Below are positions 1 to 10,200 of a DNA stretch of 64,000 nt, piece after piece. The notes under the pieces are model-generated. The model did no database searches. It was not told the DNA's origin and worked only from the letters and a program-made list of their open reading frames with translations. This DNA is from Chitinophaga pinensis (GTDB lineage Bacteria; Bacteroidota; Bacteroidia; Chitinophagales; Chitinophagaceae). Position 1 is the stretch's first letter. Each line of letters opens with the position of its first letter. Location: assembly GCA_945874755.1 (NCBI GenBank), contig CAMCHR010000003.1, forward strand, positions 1,541 to 65,540. The letters run 5' to 3'. The position numbers and the translations under genes are program-made.

Positions 1-1180
1 CAGCAAAATCACTATCAATCCCTTGACGGTAATTTAATGTCGTACCAAAATCGATGGTGTTGCCATTTGCACCCACTGCATCGTTGATGGCATTCACTAA
101 AATTTGAACATTCACATCGTTGCTACCAGCAACAACTAGTGCAGCACCTTTGTGCGCAGTCAATGCTTTTGCAGCAGCTTCGATACCCGCTTTTAAAGTA
201 GCATCCGATATGTTAGTTACTGCAGCGCCTTTTACAGCGTTCAATAAACCAAGTGCAATGGCGCCCATTTCGGAAGGACGGCATAAATATTTTTCGTCTG
301 CGTTAGAACCAGTCATACTCGCCACTGTTTCAAAGTGGATATGCTTGCTCATTGAAATATTTTTTTCGTCAATTTTTTTACCTACTGCATATTGAGCAGC
401 AAATTGAACTGGATTCAACCAAGTACCTAAGAAATCCGCACTCAAAGAAACAATTGCTTTTGCTTTATCAAAATGATAAGAAGGCATTACGCGTTTGCCA
501 TAAGCAGCTTCATTCGCTAACAACATCGCACTGTGCGAAACTGCGTCATAAGTAACGTGTTTGCCACCAGGATGTTTAGAAAGGAATTGCGCAATAATAT
601 TTTTAGTAGAAGGAGATGTAATAGAACTAGAAACCAATACTACATTACCGCCTAATTCAGCAGCGATGGCTTTATCGATGGCTTCGAAGCTAGCTTCTTT
701 ACCAGCGATTAAAGGAAAACGTAAACGAGCAGTATCATATAAATCTAACACAGCAGCTTGCACTCTTGCAGAAGTTCCACCATTCGTAATGGCAGATAAA
801 TCGTTTCCTTCTAATTTGATAGGACGACCATCACGCACTTTCGCAAGTACACTTACCACGTCACCATCTTGTACATAAGTGGTTGCATAATAATCTGCAA
901 TACCTGGTACAATATCTTCTGGCTTATTTGCGAATGGAATGGCTTTTTTAATGGGCATTTCACAACTTGCTGCCGCAGCTGCTGCAGCTGTGCTGAATCC
1001 TAAATATTTTAAGAAATCACGACGAGGTGCTTTCGCTTGTAAAAAACTTCCGCTCTTTGCAAGAACAGATTCGTCTTCTACAAAAGGAAGTTCCTCATTG
1101 AATTCATCTTTCACCTCTTTGTTGTAAGCTTCAGAATTATTTAATTCTCCAAAACTTGACCAGTGCTTTTTTTGCTCCAT
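1..1180 (-). CDS. actB: Alternative complex III subunit B (TAT-exported molybdopterin-oxidoreductase-like/Fe-S subunit), 5' part; runs off the left edge
   Basis: Not in the ORF track. Manual translation from ATG at 1180 gives MEQKKHWSSFGEL...APRRDFLKYLGFSTAAAAAAASCEMPIKKAIPF...VPGIADYYATT...RDGRPIKLEGN, with a twin-arginine motif and lipobox Cys. Lies directly downstream of actA. Confidence 0.9.
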   Translation of the reverse strand, partial: MEQKKHWSSFGELNNSEAYNKEVKDEFNEELPFVEDESVLAKSGSFLQAKAPRRDFLKYLGFSTAAAAAAASCEMPIKKAIPFANKPEDIVPGIADYYATTYVQDGDVVSVLAKVRDGRPIKLEGNDLSAITNGGTSARVQAAVLDLYDTARLRFPLIAGKEASFEAIDKAIAAELGGNVVLVSSSITSPSTKNIIAQFLSKHPGGKHVTYDAVSHSAMLLANEAAYGKRVMPSYHFDKAKAIVSLSADFLGTWLNPVQFAAQYAVGKKIDEKNISMSKHIHFETVASMTGSNADEKYLCRPSEMGAIALGLLNAVKGAAVTNISDATLKAGIEAAAKALTAHKGAALVVAGSNDVNVQILVNAINDAVGANGNTIDFGTTLNYRQGIDSDFA

Positions 1181-1267
1181 AGTAATGTATATAAAATATT
1201 ACGCGTCTCTTTTTTTAAATCTTCTTTTTATATTGTTCTAGTCTTGATGACTACTATTTTTTAAAAA

Positions 1268-2518
1268 CTAGTAGTGACATTTTTGACACTCTGTACCGCC
1301 AATTTTCTCTACAGTGATGCCTTTAGCGCTATCAATTTTCCCAGTACGAATATCTTCGTGGTATTTTTCGTAGATGCTATAGAAACCATTGTCTTTAAAT
1401 TGCACTTTTGTTTCTCTGTGACAGTTCACACACCATCCCATACTTAAGTCAGAAAATTGTTTTACTTCACCCATGTTTTGAATTTCACCGTGACATTGTT
1501 GACAAGCAACTTGTCCAGCATTCACGTGTTGCGCGTGGTTAAAGTAAACGTGGTCAGGTAAGTTGTGGATTCGAATCCACTCAATTGGTTGCGCTTTAGT
1601 GGCATCCCAAGGTTGACCTTCTGTAAATCCAGCGTATTTGTATAATTTTTTAATCTCAGCAGTACCATCTACAATCTCCCCATTCTCTCTTACTAAAGGA
1701 TCGCCTTTGTATTCGTTGATGGCAGTGTGACAGTTCATACAAACATTCACACTTGGTAGAGTCGCTTGCTTGCCTTGATAAGTACCACTATGACAGTATT
1801 GACAGTTAATTTGATTTACACCAGCGTGTACTTTATGCGAATAGTAGATAGGTTGTTCAGGTTGATAATCTTTAGAGCGACCTAAGTTCATCGCACCCAC
1901 TGTCGTATAATAACCACCTAACACAAACAACAAAATGGCTGTGAAAGCGATGTATCTTTTATTACGATAAAAAGGAACCGGCGTTTGAGGCGTCACACCT
2001 AATTTGTCGTCTGATAATTTTTTTAAGTTGCTATTCACTTGCATTAAAATAATTGCAAGCACTGCTAAAACCAAACTTAAAATTCCAAACACTAAAGCGT
2101 TGTCTGATTCAGCAGGAGCACCTACAGCTGCACCACCTGCTGGCGCTGCGCCTGGAGCAGGAACAGTTTTGATATAAGCTAAGATCGCATCAATGTCGGC
2201 ATCCGATAAACCAGGAAAATTATTCATCGCCACTTTATTGTACTCATTGTACAAGTTGGTCGCATAAGGGTCACCTGTTTTCAAAAATGCTGCAGAGTTT
2301 TTAATCCATGCATACAAGTTTTGTTTATCAGGCCAACGATCTTCTACGCCAGCTAAAGCAGGACCAGTTAGCTTTTTATTTACTGCATGACATGAGGCGC
2401 AATTCGCAGAGAAAAGTGCTTTACCGTCTTGAGCATTTAGTTGATTACCTATAGCAGCGCTAAAGGTGATAAATAAGAAGATCGTAACGATCTTAGCTAG
2501 GTTTCTTAAAGTTGTCAT
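1268..2518 (-). CDS. actA: Alternative complex III multiheme cytochrome c subunit A (N-terminal monoheme domain plus pentaheme domain)
   Basis: Six CxxCH motifs (CASCH, CQYCH, CMNCH, CQQCH, CVNCH, CQKCH) plus QPIYYSHKVHAG and HNLPDHVYFNHAQHV. Start placed at ATG 2518 (or GTG 2524) rather than 2584 because a TAATTTTG promoter box lies at 2563-2570. Confidence 0.9.
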   Translation of the reverse strand: MTTLRNLAKIVTIFLFITFSAAIGNQLNAQDGKALFSANCASCHAVNKKLTGPALAGVEDRWPDKQNLYAWIKNSAAFLKTGDPYATNLYNEYNKVAMNNFPGLSDADIDAILAYIKTVPAPGAAPAGGAAVGAPAESDNALVFGILSLVLAVLAIILMQVNSNLKKLSDDKLGVTPQTPVPFYRNKRYIAFTAILLFVLGGYYTTVGAMNLGRSKDYQPEQPIYYSHKVHAGVNQINCQYCHSGTYQGKQATLPSVNVCMNCHTAINEYKGDPLVRENGEIVDGTAEIKKLYKYAGFTEGQPWDATKAQPIEWIRIHNLPDHVYFNHAQHVNAGQVACQQCHGEIQNMGEVKQFSDLSMGWCVNCHRETKVQFKDNGFYSIYEKYHEDIRTGKIDSAKGITVEKIGGTECQKCHY

Positions 2519-2562
2519 ATGCACGAACAATGTCAAGTATGGAAAAATATCCTTTAACGGCG

Positions 2563-2570
2563 CAAAATTA
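2563..2570 (-). promoter_or_regulatory. Bacteroidota -7 promoter element (TAnnTTTG) for the act operon
   Basis: Reverse complement of caaaatta is TAATTTTG, about 45 bp upstream of the actA start. Confidence 0.55.
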
Positions 2571-2855
2571 ACTAAGAAACGCATTAAAATGCTCGTTTAT
2601 TGCAAGTTTTTTTTTCTTTTTACTAATTGAGTTTCAATCGTGTGGGAGGATTTTAAGTGACGAATGTCATAAATTTGCAAGCATCCAACCAATGGCTATA
2701 AATTTTATAAAATCTTGTGGAGGAAATTCGAAAAAAAGAGGACCTTTGGGGCCTTGAATTTGAGGAAATTTTGGGGTTTGAGGATGGATTTTTGAGGTTT
2801 GAAGAGGATTGATGGCTTTTGAGAGCCGATTTTCACAGTAATTAGCGAACAGATT

Positions 2856-3791
2856 ATGAAAAGTATTAATAAATTACAGCAAAAATGGGGGGTTGGTCCG
2901 GTGCAATTTTGGTTAATCATGACCACATTTGCCTTGGGTGGAAGCTTGAGCGGGTACCTAAATAAGCAAATCCTAAATTTGGTGTTTTTGGAGAAAAATG
3001 CGGCATATTGGCTCATTTATCCCCTATTATTGACCATTTTATGGCCTTTTTCGGTGATTTTCGTAAGTTTTCTAACTGGACAGTTCTCTTTTTTTAAGGG
3101 TTACTTGGGTAGAATGTGGGGCAGATTGAGCGGAGGATCTTCGACTGTGGATTCGAGTATGGGATCGAATATGGAATCAAATATGCGATATAGTTCAACA
3201 GGGAATCAAACAGGGTCAAGTAGTCCTATACATGTGGCGATTTTTGCTTCCGGGGCAGGCAGCAATGCTAAAAAGATCATCGAATACTTTGAAAATAAGT
3301 CCACCAGCATCAAAATCTCCTTGATTGTATGCAATGTACCGGGTGCAGGCGTCTTGGATATCGCAAAATCAAAGGGAATTCCAACCCTGATGATCAATAA
3401 ATCAGAATTTGCTTCCACCGGTTATGTAGAAAGCCTACACAATGCAGATATTCATTTTATTGTACTAGCTGGCTTTTTATGGAAAGTACCCGAAGTTTTG
3501 GTGAACGCCTACCCACGAGGCATTGTAAATATTCATCCAGCTTTGTTACCTAATTATGGCGGCAAGGGCATGTATGGATCACGCGTGCATGAGGCAGTGG
3601 TGGCGGCAGGCGAAAAAGAAACAGGCATCACCATTCATTGGGTAGATGCGCATTATGACGAAGGTGATATTATTTTTCAAGCAAGTTGTTCCATTGCACC
3701 AAGCGATACGCCAAACATGGTTGCAGATAAAATTCATGTATTAGAACATCAACATTTTGCACCAACGATAGAAAAAATATTGATGAAATAA
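2856..3791 (+). CDS. purN: Phosphoribosylglycinamide formyltransferase with a fused N-terminal two-helix membrane domain (DUF6787-like)
   Basis: C-terminal ~190 aa contain VAIFASGAGSNA, IVLAGFL, NIHPALLPNYGGKGMYG and ETGITIHWVDAHYDEG. The N-terminal ~90 aa are hydrophobic (KLQQKWGV...FALGGSL...) and joined by a Ser-rich linker. Confidence 0.88.
   Translation: MKSINKLQQKWGVGPVQFWLIMTTFALGGSLSGYLNKQILNLVFLEKNAAYWLIYPLLLTILWPFSVIFVSFLTGQFSFFKGYLGRMWGRLSGGSSTVDSSMGSNMESNMRYSSTGNQTGSSSPIHVAIFASGAGSNAKKIIEYFENKSTSIKISLIVCNVPGAGVLDIAKSKGIPTLMINKSEFASTGYVESLHNADIHFIVLAGFLWKVPEVLVNAYPRGIVNIHPALLPNYGGKGMYGSRVHEAVVAAGEKETGITIHWVDAHYDEGDIIFQASCSIAPSDTPNMVADKIHVLEHQHFAPTIEKILMK
3141..3188 (+). repeat. 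Four degenerate 12-bp tandem repeats encoding the purN linker
   Basis: tcgactgtggat / tcgagtatggga / tcgaatatggaa / tcaaatatgcga, encoding STVD-SSMG-SNME-SNMR. Confidence 0.7.
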
Positions 3792-3822
3792 AAAAGGCCC
3801 CGAATTTTCGAGACCTTCTTTA
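3790..3822. terminator. Probable bidirectional intrinsic terminator between purN and the convergent gene
   Basis: aaaaaaggccccgaa-tt-ttcgagaccttcttt: imperfect GC hairpin with an A-tract on the left and a T-rich tract on the right. Confidence 0.45.
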
Positions 3823-3892
3823 AAATATTTTGAAGTGAATTAGTTTTGATTATTTTTTTCTGAATATTTTTCTTTGATTCGCTTTTCTTTGC

Positions 3893-4378
3893 TTAGCTTT
3901 TCCCGAACTCAGTTGTGTTCAGCCATTCTAATAATACTTTAATTTGAAATTTAGTATTGGCTGTGCTAATAGCACTCTTAGGATTACTTAAGACTATAAA
4001 AAATCCAGCAACCCCTTTATCTTCTATAGTAACTAAATAATTTGAACGCTCAATTTTAAAACTGCTATTTGTATTTTGCAAAGCTGCCAAAACATTTTGA
4101 AGGTCTTGTTTTAAAATTGTAAAAGCTTCTAGGCTTTGTATTTTAAAAGTGTCAATCTCTTGCTTGTAAATGAATTGATCGTTCTTTACAACAATCTCCA
4201 CACTATATTGATTGTTATTGGTTACGCTATAACTGTAATTTAATTTACCATTATTACTAGATTTGATCATCGAATTACTTGAATTTGTGCGGATCGAATT
4301 GCTACTAGTTTGTGCAAATAAATTATTTGAACAAAATATGAAAAGCAATACAAAAGCAGCAAGGGGTAAATTGCGCAT
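3893..4378 (-). CDS. Hypothetical secreted protein
   Basis: 161-aa ORF with a signal peptide (..NNLFAQ). No family recognised. Confidence 0.6.
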   Translation of the reverse strand: MRNLPLAAFVLLFIFCSNNLFAQTSSNSIRTNSSNSMIKSSNNGKLNYSYSVTNNNQYSVEIVVKNDQFIYKQEIDTFKIQSLEAFTILKQDLQNVLAALQNTNSSFKIERSNYLVTIEDKGVAGFFIVLSNPKSAISTANTKFQIKVLLEWLNTTEFGKS

Positions 4379-4439
4379 TGTAAAAATTTGTGCGAAACTA
4401 CATGAATAGATGTAAACGATTGCAATTATATGATAATAT

Positions 4440-4475
4440 TATTTGTATTTTTTTCATATAAAAAAAATACAAATA
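4440..4475. repeat. AT-rich perfect 15-bp inverted repeat (possible terminator or operator)
   Basis: tatttgtattttttt-catata-aaaaaaatacaaata, downstream of the TPR gene. Confidence 0.4.
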
Positions 4476-4521
4476 TACAAATAAAAAAATATGTTAATAA
4501 AATAGTTTAACAACTATTTTA

Positions 4522-5178
4522 TTAACCAGGCATGCGAGAAATATATTTCTCTATCTCTTTAATTTGATCTAAAACTTGCTTAGTAGATGGCTTACATGCT
4601 TTTGCTTTGCGGAAGAAATCTTTAGCGGCACGGAACTCGCGCTTATTCATAAAAATTTGACACATACTTAAATAAGCAACTGCTTCTGATTCTTTATCTG
4701 GAATGCCCGCACGAATAGCGGCACGGATATAGGCTTCACCTTGCTTGGTATCCCCTTTTTGCATCGACATCATCCCTAATTGTAATTTATTGGCGCCCTC
4801 CGCTTCAGGCATTGCTGATCCAAGGCTACTACTCATTTTAAGGTGCTTTTCGGCCGTATCAAAATCTTGTTTTGCCATAGCGATATTACCCTTAATGGTA
4901 TAGTAAGTGCTTCTTACGGGTGTATATAATAAGTTGGGAAACCAAATGGTTGCTAAAATACGCTCTACTTCTTCGATATTACCTGCTTCCATTGGTGCTT
5001 GAACTAAACGCAATGGACCAATAAAAATATGACTCAATAAGCCAATCACACCAAGCATATACAAAGGGAAAACCGGCCAAAAATTAGCCAGATCGGTTAA
5101 TTGAAGGGTACCCGCGCCAAAAATGGCGATTAAGCTTAACCAAAAACGAAACTTAATAATGATATTGTAAAAGCCCAT
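4522..5178 (-). CDS. Membrane-anchored TPR-repeat protein
   Basis: Two N-terminal TM helices followed by TPR-like helices (YYTIKGNIAMAKQDFDTAEKHL; LQLGMMSMQKGDTKQGEAYI). Confidence 0.7.
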   Translation of the reverse strand: MGFYNIIIKFRFWLSLIAIFGAGTLQLTDLANFWPVFPLYMLGVIGLLSHIFIGPLRLVQAPMEAGNIEEVERILATIWFPNLLYTPVRSTYYTIKGNIAMAKQDFDTAEKHLKMSSSLGSAMPEAEGANKLQLGMMSMQKGDTKQGEAYIRAAIRAGIPDKESEAVAYLSMCQIFMNKREFRAAKDFFRKAKACKPSTKQVLDQIKEIEKYISRMPG

Positions 5179-5267
5179 AATGATGTCGATTTGAGCTGTG
5201 AAGATACCAAATTATAGCATAATAAAGAGCCGGATTGATAAAGTATGGATGCTTAAAAAAGAATAGT

Positions 5268-5275
5268 TATTTTTG
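5268..5275 (+). promoter_or_regulatory. Bacteroidota -7 promoter element upstream of tRNA-Arg
   Basis: TATTTTTG matches TAnnTTTG, about 55 bp before the tRNA. Confidence 0.5.
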
Positions 5276-5329
5276 TCCTCCTTAAACGGTCTTTGGACCT
5301 ATTTAAGCCTAGGATCCTAGCGATTCGAT

Positions 5330-5401
5330 GGTCCCGTAGTTCAATGGATAGAATAGGTGTTTCCTAAACACTAGATCCAAGTTCGATTCTTGGCGAGACC
5401 A
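5330..5401 (+). tRNA. tRNA-Arg (anticodon CCT)
   Basis: GGTCCCG-TAGTTCAATGGATAGAA-TA-GGTGT-TTCCTAA-ACACT-AGAT-CCAAG-TTCGATT-CTTGG-CGAGACC-A folds as a cloverleaf. CCA is not encoded, and there is one C5:A68 acceptor-stem mismatch. Confidence 0.95.
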
Positions 5402-5402
5402 C

Positions 5403-5437
5403 ATAGCCTCAACACTTCATGTTGAGGCTATTTATTT
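5403..5437 (+). terminator. Intrinsic terminator after tRNA-Arg
   Basis: atagcctcaaca-cttca-tgttgaggctat is a perfect 12-bp stem followed by ttattt. Confidence 0.8.
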
Positions 5438-5468
5438 CTAGTATCAAAATAACAGCTTTAATGAATTA

Positions 5469-5494
5469 TATAATGTAAATTTATAATGTAAATT
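5469..5494. repeat. Perfect 13-bp tandem duplication
   Basis: tataatgtaaatt at 5469-5481 and 5482-5494. Confidence 0.7.
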
Positions 5495-5522
5495 AAGCAT
5501 CTATTTATTTAAACCCTTTTGT

Positions 5523-7208
5523 ATGAAGCGGTATCTATTCCTATTGTTATTGTCCATTTGCGTATTTAGTAGTTCTAAAGCAAATAACATTAATATCCAA
5601 CGTGTATCCTTAAGGGACACGAACAGAGTAGCCAAAACAGTAGTTATTAAAATCAATATTAGCTGGGACAATTCTTGGAGGGACAGTATTAACTGGGATG
5701 CTGCCTGGTTATATTTCAAATATAAAAAAATAAATGATAGTGCTTGGAAATGGAAGCATGGTAATTTTTCAATAACAGGAAATTACCCTGGAGTTTCAAA
5801 TGCACCTTTAAAAATAGTAGTGCCTCCCGATTACAAAGGTGCATTTTTATATAGGAGTGCGAATGGAGAGGGGAATATTAAATCGGACAGTGTATGCTTT
5901 ACATGGAACTATGGGAGTGATGGAATTACAAATATTGATAGTGTTGAGTTAAGATTCTTTGCAACAGAGATGGTATATGTTCCGGAAGGAAATTTTTCCA
6001 TAGGAGATGGAAATGGGAAAGATAAAAGTTCCAATTCATTTCAAAATAAATTTGCTGAAAATAATTATGTAACCATATCAAGAAATTGGTCGCCACTCAT
6101 TAATACTTTTGTAAACAATACTACATTTGGCAGTGATGATATAACGGTATATAAAGATGGGATAAGAATTTCAGGTACCGATGGCATTGACGTGAACAAT
6201 GATAAAATCGCAGACAATGCAAATTACCCAATTGGCTACAAGGCATTTTATTCCATGAAATACGAAGTAACACAGGGGCAGTATGCAGATTTTTTAAACA
6301 CCCTTAGTTTAAAAGATTCAAATATTAGTAATTACACAGACACTAATTCACTCGAAAAGTTAAACTCAAAACTAAAATTAGCCTTTCAAAGCTTGGACCC
6401 ATATTTTAATTGGAACCCTGTAGAAAAATACAGACACACCATTGCCTTCGATAGCATTTATAATAGATATACCGTATCAAGACCCGATAGGGCATTAGGT
6501 ACCGTTTATCAAGATCAGGTATTAGCATTTTGTGATTGGGCTGGACTAAGACCAATGAGTGAACTTGAATTTGAAAAAGCGGCACGTGGACCACTTCCTC
6601 CTTATTATAGATCTTATTACAACTATAATTACAACTATAGTGATAGCACTACGACCAACTGGACGGGTGGAGAATATGCATGGGGGAACGACACTACGAT
6701 TGCAAGAATTTCAAATATGACATCAAATGTCAAGTTTATTTTTTCAGGATTAGAAAATGGAACGGAACGCTTTTTGAATTACAATGTATTTAGGAGATAT
6801 TTTAATCCTATTAACAACAATGGAATGACAAACCCTAATCAACTAGAAGGAGGTGATGGAGGTTCTGGTCCTTTAAGAGTTGGTATTTTTGCAAATGATA
6901 CTAGTAGCAGGATTTCCTCTGGTGCTAGTTATTATGGTATTATGGATATGAGTAAAAATATTAATGAGTATGTTATATCCTTGGGGTCAAATGGGTCCAG
7001 AAATTTTTCATCACAAGTACATGGTGACGGCATGTTAAATATTTATGGGCGATCAACTGACTTTATCCCTTCTTCTAATGGGATGTATAATATTGGTAGC
7101 GAATTAAGGTGGTTGCAAAAAAATGGAGCCATTTCAGAAAGAAATAATTACGGACAACAAGGAGCAACTGGATTTAGGTCAGTTAGAACTGCATCTGCCC
7201 AAGATTAA
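5523..7208 (+). CDS. Secreted FGE-sulfatase (SUMF1/formylglycine-generating-enzyme-like, C-type-lectin fold) protein
   Basis: Signal peptide; ISWDNSWRDSINWDAAW; EMVYVPEGNFSIG; FYSMKYEVTQGQYADFLN; FCDWAGLRPMSELEFEKAARG; YGIMDMSKNINEY; C-terminal GFR motif. Confidence 0.8.
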   Translation: MKRYLFLLLLSICVFSSSKANNINIQRVSLRDTNRVAKTVVIKINISWDNSWRDSINWDAAWLYFKYKKINDSAWKWKHGNFSITGNYPGVSNAPLKIVVPPDYKGAFLYRSANGEGNIKSDSVCFTWNYGSDGITNIDSVELRFFATEMVYVPEGNFSIGDGNGKDKSSNSFQNKFAENNYVTISRNWSPLINTFVNNTTFGSDDITVYKDGIRISGTDGIDVNNDKIADNANYPIGYKAFYSMKYEVTQGQYADFLNTLSLKDSNISNYTDTNSLEKLNSKLKLAFQSLDPYFNWNPVEKYRHTIAFDSIYNRYTVSRPDRALGTVYQDQVLAFCDWAGLRPMSELEFEKAARGPLPPYYRSYYNYNYNYSDSTTTNWTGGEYAWGNDTTIARISNMTSNVKFIFSGLENGTERFLNYNVFRRYFNPINNNGMTNPNQLEGGDGGSGPLRVGIFANDTSSRISSGASYYGIMDMSKNINEYVISLGSNGSRNFSSQVHGDGMLNIYGRSTDFIPSSNGMYNIGSELRWLQKNGAISERNNYGQQGATGFRSVRTASAQD

Positions 7209-7221
7209 TTAATTCAATTCA

Positions 7222-10200
7222 TTGAAGAAGCTATACTATATTTTATGTATTTTTTGTTTCCTTTTGGGGCACATAGCTTCATGGAGTCAGGCTATTGTCT
7301 TAGAAAAACCAACAAAGACATCCGTATGGCCTGCGTATTCCATACAGAAAATTGCATGGAATGCTGCCAATATTGAAAATATAAAAATTGAAGCTTCTTT
7401 AGACAGTGGTCGTAATTGGGTAACTGTATTGGAAAGTTATCCTGCTTCTGCAGGCTACTATGAATGGGAAGTACCCAATAAAGTATCTGATAGTTGTTAT
7501 ATAAGGGTATCTGACGTTCAAAATCCAAATTCATCAAGTACAAATTTTAAAAATAATCCATTTAGAATACCTGCACCAACACTAAGTTTAGAAAGTTTTG
7601 AAAATAGTTATAATGCAAAACAGCTGTTACCTATTTTATGGAATAGTACAGGAATAAAAAAGGTAAATATTTATTTATCTTATGACAACAAGGTGAGTTT
7701 TAAAAAAATAGTCAGTAATGTATCGGCTAATTCATATAGTTACAATCATATTTTAAGAGATACTATTGCAGGAAATTGCTTTATTGTTGTTGTTGATTCA
7801 GCTAATAATAATGTTAGCGATACAAGCAGAACCTCATTTAGTGTATTAAGCGCAATAATAGGAAGATTTTCAAAGTACAAAGGAGGAAGGTTTGATGGAT
7901 ATGCATCAAAAAACAATTTGCCGCAAATAATTCAACTAACTAGTCCAAATAACTACGATTCATTAATTGGTGGACAAAAGATTACCATCAAGTGGAATGG
8001 AAATAACTTAGATAATATAGATTTATTATATTCAATAGACTCTTTAAAAACTTGGAAGATTATTGATTCGAATATCAGTGGACAAGCAATTGGCTATGAT
8101 TGGAAAATTCCCAATATACCCACCAGCTATGGCAAGATAATGGTAAGAGATGCAAAGAACAATGCCTTATATGACATAAGCGACACCTGCTTTATGATTC
8201 GGAAAAAAACATTATCCCTAAATGCAATTACAGATCGGGTTTATAAGAAAGCAGTATACCCTATTTATTGGAGTGGGGTAGGTATTGATAAATTAAAAAT
8301 TTACCTGGGAAATACTTTGATAGCAGATTCCATAAACGCAAACAACGAAACCTATAATTGGGCAGTACCTCCTAATTTGACAAATGGTTTATTTATTAAA
8401 GTAATTGATTTGTCGGATTCAACTATACTTGATTCAGTACAAATAAATAATGCAGTAAATTTACCTATTAGTTCTCCCTTTAAAAATAAAAGTGGCAATT
8501 ATGATGGTCACAGTTATAAATCAAATCTAAAAGGGATGGTGAATATTGTATATCCAAATGGAGGAGAAAGTATTTCTAAGTCAGCCAAAATAAATTTAAA
8601 ATGGACTTCTTCTGATATAGACTATCTAAAGTTATATTACAGTTTAGATTCAGGAAATAACTGGATATTAGCGGATAGTACCCTTGTTGCCAACCTTGGA
8701 TACTACATTTGGAAATTACCTAATACTATCTCTAGTAAAGTATTAACTAAGTTGGTATATTCTAGTGATGATAGTATACTAGATTATTCAAATAGTACAT
8801 TTACAATAGTAGATAAAGAATTGTCTTTGGATTTAGATAAAAAAAACTGGAAGAAAAATAGTATAAATCAAATAAAGTGGAGTGTTTTTGGTGTAGATAG
8901 TTTAAGCCTTAGCTATAAAGAAAAGGATTCTACTAAGTGGACTAAGATATCTAGAAATATATCAACGAGTGCGGAGTTGTATAATTTGTACATACCAAAT
9001 GTAGTTTCAAAATTTATAGAAATTAAAGTTGTGGATTATATAGATAGCTTATTGGTGGTAGTAGACACAATACAATTAATGGAAAGCGCTGATACACTAA
9101 AACAAAGTGCATACAAATTTAAGGGAGGAAAATTTGATGGTCATAGTTTTAAAAGTAATATCAATAAAATTATCATTAATAAACCAGTCGCAAACGAAAT
9201 ACTGGTAAGTGGCAAACCCTATACACTGAACTGGGACTATATCAACTTAAACGATACCGTTTTGTTGCAATATAGTTTGGATAGTGGTCGTACTTGGATT
9301 AATATCGAAAAAGTGTCCGCAATGCTTGGAACCTATGAATGGTCAATACCTTTATCTAGTAATTCAGGTAATAGTATTGGAATGAATGGAGAATCCAGAA
9401 TTGTAAGTCTTGGAACAACTGCTATCAACTCCGACATGTGTATGATTAGAGTATTAGATATAAAAGCTGGAAACGAAATAGTTGGTCTTAGTAAAGGTAT
9501 ATTTTCCATAAAACCAAATGTATCCCTCGTAAAGTCAGTTGTAACTTTTGCAAGTATAGCTGATATAAAATGGACCGGGAATACTATAAATAATAAGTTA
9601 CTGGCTACAAGCAATTCAAATAATCCAGTTAAATATTTTATTATATCTGGAAGCAATGCTTCAATTTCAAAAGATAGCGTTATTATAATAGGAGCCGGTG
9701 CTGTAACCATAGGATGCTATGATGAGGGTAATGAATCTTATAGTAGATCAGATACCGTTAAACAAACCTTTTGTGTAAATCCAATTACTCCAATTATCAG
9801 TCGTGATGTTAATAATAATCTTGTTTCATCGGCAACCTATGGAAATAAATGGTATAAAGCGGATGCACTCATGTCCGATACCACACAGCTAATCAAACCA
9901 ATAACCAACAGCACTTATTCAGTTAGTACCACACAAAACACTTGTGCAAGTAGTCTAAGCAATGCCTACTATTATTTAGTAACAGATATATTGATTTTGG
10001 AGGATAAGCAATACATTAAGATAGACCCAAATCCTTTTACTGATCATGCAATTTTACGATTTGCATTAAAAGGTTATAATCGTTTACAATTAGAAGTTTT
10101 TCAGATAAGTACTGGAAATAAAATACTAAGCAAGTCAAACTTAAATGATCAAAGCAATATCCAGTTAGGTCAAATCAGCAATGGCTATTACCTTTTTATA

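Noticed and set aside
120-1127. Plus-strand ORFs 120-395, 352-555, 561-878 and 939-1127
   Set aside because: They are antisense shadows of actB.
2705-3016. 103-aa minus-strand ORF
   Set aside because: It overlaps purN antisense and the low-complexity intergenic tract, and has no recognisable motifs.
5523-7208. FGE/C-type-lectin protein as a diversity-generating retroelement target
   Set aside because: It ends in a GFR motif like DGR targets, but I found no reverse transcriptase and no template repeat matching its 3' end in the window.
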